Origin: Armatimonadota bacterium
Lineage (GTDB): Bacteria > Armatimonadota > SYMT01
DNA: 64,000 bases
Reading direction: 5' to 3'
Assembly: GCA_046292385.1 (NCBI GenBank)
Contig: JBKBRF010000004.1
Span: 224,001 to 288,000 of the forward strand
The position numbers and the translations under genes were made by a program. Shown piece after piece: positions 59,560-64,000 of this stretch (position 1 is its first letter; the number at the start of each line of letters is the position of its first letter). The notes beneath the pieces are model-generated. The model was given only the letters and a program-made list of their open reading frames with translations, did not search any database and was not told where the DNA came from.

Positions 59560-59652
59560 CGGTCTATCCGGTGCCGTGGTCCGGCCCAGCCCCCGCGCAG
59601 GGGGAAAGATTTTGGTCCGGGGGCGCGCGGCCGCGCCGGCTCCGGCGGGCGT

Positions 59653-59681
59653 ATTCTAACAGAGCGGGGTAGGGGCGTCAA
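59653..59681 (-). promoter_or_regulatory. Near-consensus sigma70 promoter upstream of lepA
   Basis: TTGACG (59681-76), 17 nt spacer, TAGAAT (59658-53) with an extended TG. Confidence 0.75.
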
Positions 59682-59792
59682 TTGTGACGCGGAGCAAGAT
59701 GGAGCCTGCCGCGGACGCCTCATCGCGCCCTTGGGCTACCGCCAGCGGCAGCGATCAGGCAGCCGTTCTCCGCACAGGCACCACGAGGAGTA

Positions 59793-59821
59793 TTGACACC
59801 TCCCGGAGCGCGTGACATAAT
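59793..59821 (+). promoter_or_regulatory. sigma70 promoter for tRNA-His
   Basis: TTGACA, 17 nt spacer, CATAAT with an extended TG; GC-rich discriminator. Confidence 0.75.
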
Positions 59822-59858
59822 GCGCTGGCTCGCGGGCGGGACGGTCCGCAAGCTCCAC

Positions 59859-59931
59859 GGCGGGTGTAGCTCAGTGGTAGAGCGCCAGGTTGTGGCCCTG
59901 GAGGCCGGGGGTTCAATTCCCCTCATTCGCC
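59859..59931 (+). tRNA. tRNA-His (GUG); CCA not encoded
   Basis: G-1 plus GCGGGTG/CATTCGC acceptor stem with C discriminator; anticodon arm CCAGG-TTGTGGC-CCTGG; T-arm GGGGG-TTCAATT-CCCCT. Confidence 0.96.
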
Positions 59932-59954
59932 CTCAAAACGCCAGTTGCTGATCA

Positions 59955-59996
59955 GCGGCAGAAGCCCCTTCAAACGTGAGGGGCTTCTGCTGTTTT
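59955..59996. terminator. Terminator hairpin between tRNA-His and the convergent chorismate mutase gene
   Basis: GCAGAAGCCCCT / AGGGGCTTCTGC stem followed by TGTTTT. Confidence 0.7.
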
Positions 59997-60003
59997 CTGA
60001 AGC

Positions 60004-60771
60004 TCAGCGCGAGGCCGGCCCCTTATCCCGAGACTGCTCCTGCAGGCGCTGGTGGTTGGCGACCACCGCGTCGAAGATGAGCCGGAAGACTCGCTGGGCG
60101 ACTTCGGGGTCGAGGCCCACGGAGTTTGCCAGGAGGCGGGCGCGCTGGAGCTGGGCGCCCTCCCGGACCTCATCGCGGGCCGGCAAGCCCTGGCGGCTCT
60201 TGAAGACTCCGACCTTCTCCGTGGTGCGGAACCGCTCCGCCAGCAGCCGAACCAGCGCGCCGTCCAGGTTTTCGAGCGATGCCTGGAGGTCGGACAGCTC
60301 GGAGGGGGCTGGTTTCGGGGCGCTCTCGCGATCCGTCCCGGGTGCCCGGTCTCCCGGCCGGAGCAACGCTCCCTCGAGCGCGGTGCGGAAGATGTTGTCT
60401 ACCACCTCCGGATCCAGTCCCACCGGCTTCGCCTGGTCTCTCGCCTTCCGCAGCCGGAGCTTCTCGCCTGCCTCGTCGCGGGCCGGCAGGCCGTGACGGT
60501 GCCGGTACTCGCCGAGCCGCTTCGCCGCGCGGGACTGCTCCGCCAGCAGCCGCAGGAGGACGGCGTCGAGGTTGTCCAATGTGGCCCGGAAGTCGGCCAG
60601 CGAGGGCTGTCCGTCGCTCGCTGCCGGGCTCGGAGGGGCAGCGACGCTGCGGTCCCCATCGGATGCGGGAGAGACACTGATCTGGCCCTGGGCGATGCCG
60701 CCCGGCAGGGTGACGGCCGAGAGCGCGATGACCAGCCAGGAAGCGCGGACGGTGGGGCTAAGACAGTTCAC
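60004..60771 (-). CDS. Exported protein with two tandem AroQ (type II) chorismate mutase domains
   Basis: GAGGAGG RBS before GTG; signal-peptide-like N-terminus; two copies of L.NLD..L.RLLAE...G......GLPARDE..E........GLDPEV. Confidence 0.85.
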   Translation of the reverse strand: MNCLSPTVRASWLVIALSAVTLPGGIAQGQISVSPASDGDRSVAAPPSPAASDGQPSLADFRATLDNLDAVLLRLLAEQSRAAKRLGEYRHRHGLPARDEAGEKLRLRKARDQAKPVGLDPEVVDNIFRTALEGALLRPGDRAPGTDRESAPKPAPSELSDLQASLENLDGALVRLLAERFRTTEKVGVFKSRQGLPARDEVREGAQLQRARLLANSVGLDPEVAQRVFRLIFDAVVANHQRLQEQSRDKGPASR

Positions 60772-60967
60772 AACTCCTCCTCGGGAAACGGCAGCGGGTC
60801 ACCGCAGTTAATCATCACCGCGGCGCTCGACGGTAGTTCCGGCTGGCCGCTCATCGAGCAGTGACGGGCGCGGCAGGAGTTCCGGGGAAGCGGTGCGAAC
60901 GCACCCAGCGAAGCTCCCGCTGCCGCTCACCCCGTGCCCCGGCGCGGGCTCCTACCTTCCACTCCGC

Positions 60968-61867
60968 ATGGCTCTCTGGCTTGGCGCGCTCACGCAGGGA
61001 CTGGCACTGATCTTCCTCGGGTGGGGGATCTACCTCTCGTTCCGCGTGCTCTCCTTCGCCGACATCACGGTCGACGGCAGCTTCACGCTCGGCGCCGTCC
61101 TCTCTGCCGTGCTGGTGGCTGCGGGCGTCCACCCGGCGCTGGCAGTCGGCGCGGGTCTGCTGGGCGGGGCGGCGGCAGGGGCGGTGACGGGTCTGATCCA
61201 CACGTGGCTGCGGGTGAGCGACCTGCTCGCCGGCATTCTCACCCTCACGGCGCTCTACTCGATCACCCTGCGTGTCATGGGGCGCCCGAACGTCTCGCTG
61301 CTCGGAAAGCTCACGCTCCCCGGCTGGCTGCAGAAGCTCGGGATCGCCCCGAGCGACGACGTCGCCGCGCTGGGGCTCTACCTGGGGCTGGCGGTGGCCG
61401 GCGCGATCCTGCTCTCCGCGTTTCTGAAGACCGACGTCGGGCTGGCCCTGCGCGCCACGGGCGACAACCCGGAGATGATCACGGCGCAGGGAGTCGATAT
61501 CTCCCGCACCCGGCTGGCCGGCCTGGCGCTGGCGAATGCCCTGGTCGGCTTCTCCGGGGCGCTCATCGCGCAGTACCAGGGGTTCGCCGATATTCAGATG
61601 GGCATCGGCTCCCTCGTTGCAGGGATCGCCGCCGTGATGATCGGGGAGAGCTTCGTGGGTCGGCGCTCTCCCGCGGTGGTGATCGCCGCCGTGGCGGGTG
61701 GGTCGATCCTGTTCCGGCTCCTGATCGCGCTGGCGCTGCGGCTGGGGCTGAACCCGGTCGATCTCAAGCTGGTGACCGCCGTCTTCGTCCTGGCGATCCT
61801 CGCCGCCGGCCGGCTCCGACTCCGAAAGGGATGGAAGCTGGCGCCCCGGACCGGAGGCGGCGCATGA
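60968..61867 (+). CDS. ABC transporter permease (putative Trp/Tyr-type)
   Basis: Motifs GIYLSFRVL.FADITVDGSF, LLAGIL, GLALRATGDN and QYQGFADI.MGIG. Confidence 0.9.
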   Translation: MALWLGALTQGLALIFLGWGIYLSFRVLSFADITVDGSFTLGAVLSAVLVAAGVHPALAVGAGLLGGAAAGAVTGLIHTWLRVSDLLAGILTLTALYSITLRVMGRPNVSLLGKLTLPGWLQKLGIAPSDDVAALGLYLGLAVAGAILLSAFLKTDVGLALRATGDNPEMITAQGVDISRTRLAGLALANALVGFSGALIAQYQGFADIQMGIGSLVAGIAAVMIGESFVGRRSPAVVIAAVAGGSILFRLLIALALRLGLNPVDLKLVTAVFVLAILAAGRLRLRKGWKLAPRTGGGA

Positions 61868-62640
61868 TCCGCCTCGAATCGGTCTCCTGCCACTTCTCCG
61901 TGCCGGGCTCGCCGCCGGTAGCCGCGCTGCAGGCGCTCGACCTGACCCTCACGGCGGGAGAGTTCGTGACCGTGATCGGGACGAACGGCAGCGGGAAGTC
62001 GACCCTGCTGAACGTCCTGGCCGGCCGCGTCACGCCGGCGGCGGGGGCGGTGTGGCTCGACGACCGGTACGTCACCCGCACGCCGGAGCATGTCCGCGCC
62101 GCCTGGATCGGCCGGGTGTTTCAGAACCCGTTCCAGGGCTCCTGCCCGAACATGACGGTGGAAGAGAACCTGCGCCTGGCGGACCGCCGCGGCCGCCGGC
62201 AGGCACTCCCGGGCCGGGGCGGCGGGGGGCGGCGAGCGCGCTTCCGCGAGGAGCTCGCCAGCCTGGAGCTCGGCCTGGAAGATCGGCTTCACGCCCTGGT
62301 GGGCAGCCTCTCCGGCGGGCAGCGCCAGGCTCTGACGCTGCTGATGGCGACCCTGCGTCCGCCGCGCCTGCTCCTGCTGGACGAGCACACCGCCGCGCTC
62401 GATCCGCGGGCAGCGACCCGCGTGCTGGAGCTGACCCGAGAGCGCGTGGCGGCGCACCAGTTGACCACCCTGATGGTCACCCACAGTATGACACAGGCCC
62501 TTTCGGTGGGCAGCCGGACGATCATGCTGCACCATGGCACGGTAATTGCCGATCTCCTGGGTGTCGAGCGGGCGACCGCTCGGCCGGAGGAGCTGGTCGA
62601 CCGCTTCACCCGCCTCCAGCTCGCAGATCCGGCGCCCTGA
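61864..62640 (+). CDS. ABC transporter ATP-binding subunit
   Basis: Walker A GTNGSGKST, RVFQNP, LSGGQRQAL, LLLDEHTAALDP and VTH; ATGA overlap with the permease. Confidence 0.93.
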   Translation: MIRLESVSCHFSVPGSPPVAALQALDLTLTAGEFVTVIGTNGSGKSTLLNVLAGRVTPAAGAVWLDDRYVTRTPEHVRAAWIGRVFQNPFQGSCPNMTVEENLRLADRRGRRQALPGRGGGGRRARFREELASLELGLEDRLHALVGSLSGGQRQALTLLMATLRPPRLLLLDEHTAALDPRAATRVLELTRERVAAHQLTTLMVTHSMTQALSVGSRTIMLHHGTVIADLLGVERATARPEELVDRFTRLQLADPAP

Positions 62641-62673
62641 GCCTCTGCCACTCTACTCTCTACTTCCACGCCC

Positions 62674-63663
62674 ATGCATCGACGAGACCTACTCACCACC
62701 CTGTTCGGTGCGGGCCTGGCGCTGCCGCTCCTCGGCGGCTGCAGCGGCGGCGGCTCGGCGGGCGATCTGCCGAAAGTCGGCGTCGTCGCCTACGGACCGG
62801 ATCCGACGACCGACATCACCGTGGAAGGCCTGAAGGAGGGGCTGCGCGCCGCCGGGTTCGAGCCGGGAAAGGCTGTGCAGGTGGAATACCAGGACGCCCA
62901 GGGCGATCAGAGCCTCATTCCGCAGATCGTGCAGAAGTACGTCTCGGAAGGGGTCCGGGTCATCGTGCCCATGACCACGCCGTGCCTGGTGGCGACCGCG
63001 AACGCGCTGAAGAACAGCGACCAGCCGGTCGTCTTCACGGAGGTCTTCAACCCGTATGCCGCGGGAGTGGCGCGCTCGTCGACCGATCACCCTGCCAACC
63101 TGACCGGAGTCGCCTCTCCGCCCCCGGCTAAGGAGCTCCTCGATCTGATCCTGGAGCTCCAGCCGCAGGCGAAGACGATCGGCACGATCTACAACGCGGG
63201 CGAGGCGAACTCCGTCTCGGCGGTCGAACGCCTACGTGAGGCGGCCGCGGCCGGCGGGCTGAAGCTGGTCGAGCGGACCGTTGCCGGCTCGATCGAGGTT
63301 CAGCAGGCGGCGCAGTCGCTGGTGGAGGAGGTCGCCGCCGTCTGTATTCCGGGGGACAACACCGTACAGGCGGCCCTCGATGCCCTGGTCGGGCCGGCGC
63401 AGAAGGCGCGCGTACCGGTCGTAGCCGGGAACCCCGCGTGGATCGAGCAGGGGATGCTTGCCTGCCTGGGGCCGGACTTCCGGAACGCCGGTAAGGAGGC
63501 GGGGGAGATGGTGGCGGCGGTCCTGAACGGGGAGAGTCCCGCCGGCATGCCGATCCGCGAGACGGAGAAGCAGGAGCTGCTCCTCAACCGCAAAGTTGCC
63601 ACGGCGCTGGGCATCGCGTTTTCGGAGGCGCTCGCCGCCCGAGCGGACCGTGTCATCGAGTAG
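62674..63663 (+). CDS. ABC transporter substrate-binding lipoprotein (ABC_sub_bind, aromatic amino acid type)
   Basis: RRDLL Tat-like leader and LGGC lipobox; motifs DAQGDQS, TTP, PVVFT, NLTGV, IYNAGEANS and GDN. Confidence 0.88.
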   Translation: MHRRDLLTTLFGAGLALPLLGGCSGGGSAGDLPKVGVVAYGPDPTTDITVEGLKEGLRAAGFEPGKAVQVEYQDAQGDQSLIPQIVQKYVSEGVRVIVPMTTPCLVATANALKNSDQPVVFTEVFNPYAAGVARSSTDHPANLTGVASPPPAKELLDLILELQPQAKTIGTIYNAGEANSVSAVERLREAAAAGGLKLVERTVAGSIEVQQAAQSLVEEVAAVCIPGDNTVQAALDALVGPAQKARVPVVAGNPAWIEQGMLACLGPDFRNAGKEAGEMVAAVLNGESPAGMPIRETEKQELLLNRKVATALGIAFSEALAARADRVIE

Positions 63664-64000
63664 CGGTACCGCTCTTCGCCGGGCAGGATTCCTCAGCAGC
63701 GAGCGTGAGCCTCGCAGCTCTCGGACGTGCGTAGGGCGGTCGAGCAGCGGTCTGTTCAAACAGGCGATTGCTCAATGAAGGTATCTCCGCTTTCCCCGAC
63801 GAAATCTAATCCGCACCCTGCCTGCCCGTCCTGGAAGGGAGCGCCGTCCACCCTGCTGCCGTGACTCGAACCTAGCGTGGAGGCCCGAACGCCCCCGTGA
63901 AAAGGCCGATCGCCGCAGTGGCGAGCCACTCTTCGCGAGGTGACCGTGAGAAGCACTCTGCGTTCCGGACTGACCGCTGCCTCCGCCCGCCTGATCGGCC

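Noticed and set aside
59859..64000. Genomic island at tRNA-His
   Set aside because: No integrase or att-like repeat of the tRNA 3' end is visible in the window; downstream genes have ordinary composition.
63664..64000. ORF 63756..63956 or the 3' end of a gene entering from the right edge
   Set aside because: No recognisable motif or clear codon bias in any frame; cannot be supported from this window.

Overview
This is a GC-rich (roughly 70%) bacterial chromosomal segment. Armatimonadota is the likely source, inferred from the style of the DUF1559 prepilin-like gene; that assignment is not proven. Core genes include zwf (partial), fabI, gatCAB, a complete isc Fe-S operon, ahcY with an ArsR-methyltransferase regulator, lepA, tmRNA and tRNA-His. 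These are interspersed with envelope, secreted and regulatory genes and many small intergenic repeats. No integrase, transposase, prophage or CRISPR array was seen. Main highlights: (1) Two in-frame UGA codons look like selenocysteine, each followed by a SECIS-like hairpin with an AGUU(G) loop. One extends a B12-type radical SAM enzyme to a C-U-A-E-P tail; that gene sits in a DUF169 / radical SAM / NfuA / ATP-grasp cluster split by an AT-richer insertion. The other joins two ORFs into an 807-aa exported protein with duplicated pilin-like/TPR modules and a UxxC thioredoxin domain. (2) The isc operon is led by a Cys-tailed MarR regulator with a perfect operator palindrome rather than by IscR, and it carries unusual cargo genes. 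(3) An exported tandem chorismate mutase has two domains that lost complementary catalytic residues, predicting a single-chain pseudo-dimer with one active site; it lies divergent from an aromatic-amino-acid-type ABC transporter. (4) Structured leaders containing terminators precede lepA and an RRM gene. (5) Several MITE/REP-like repeats and inverted tandem-heptamer elements occur.
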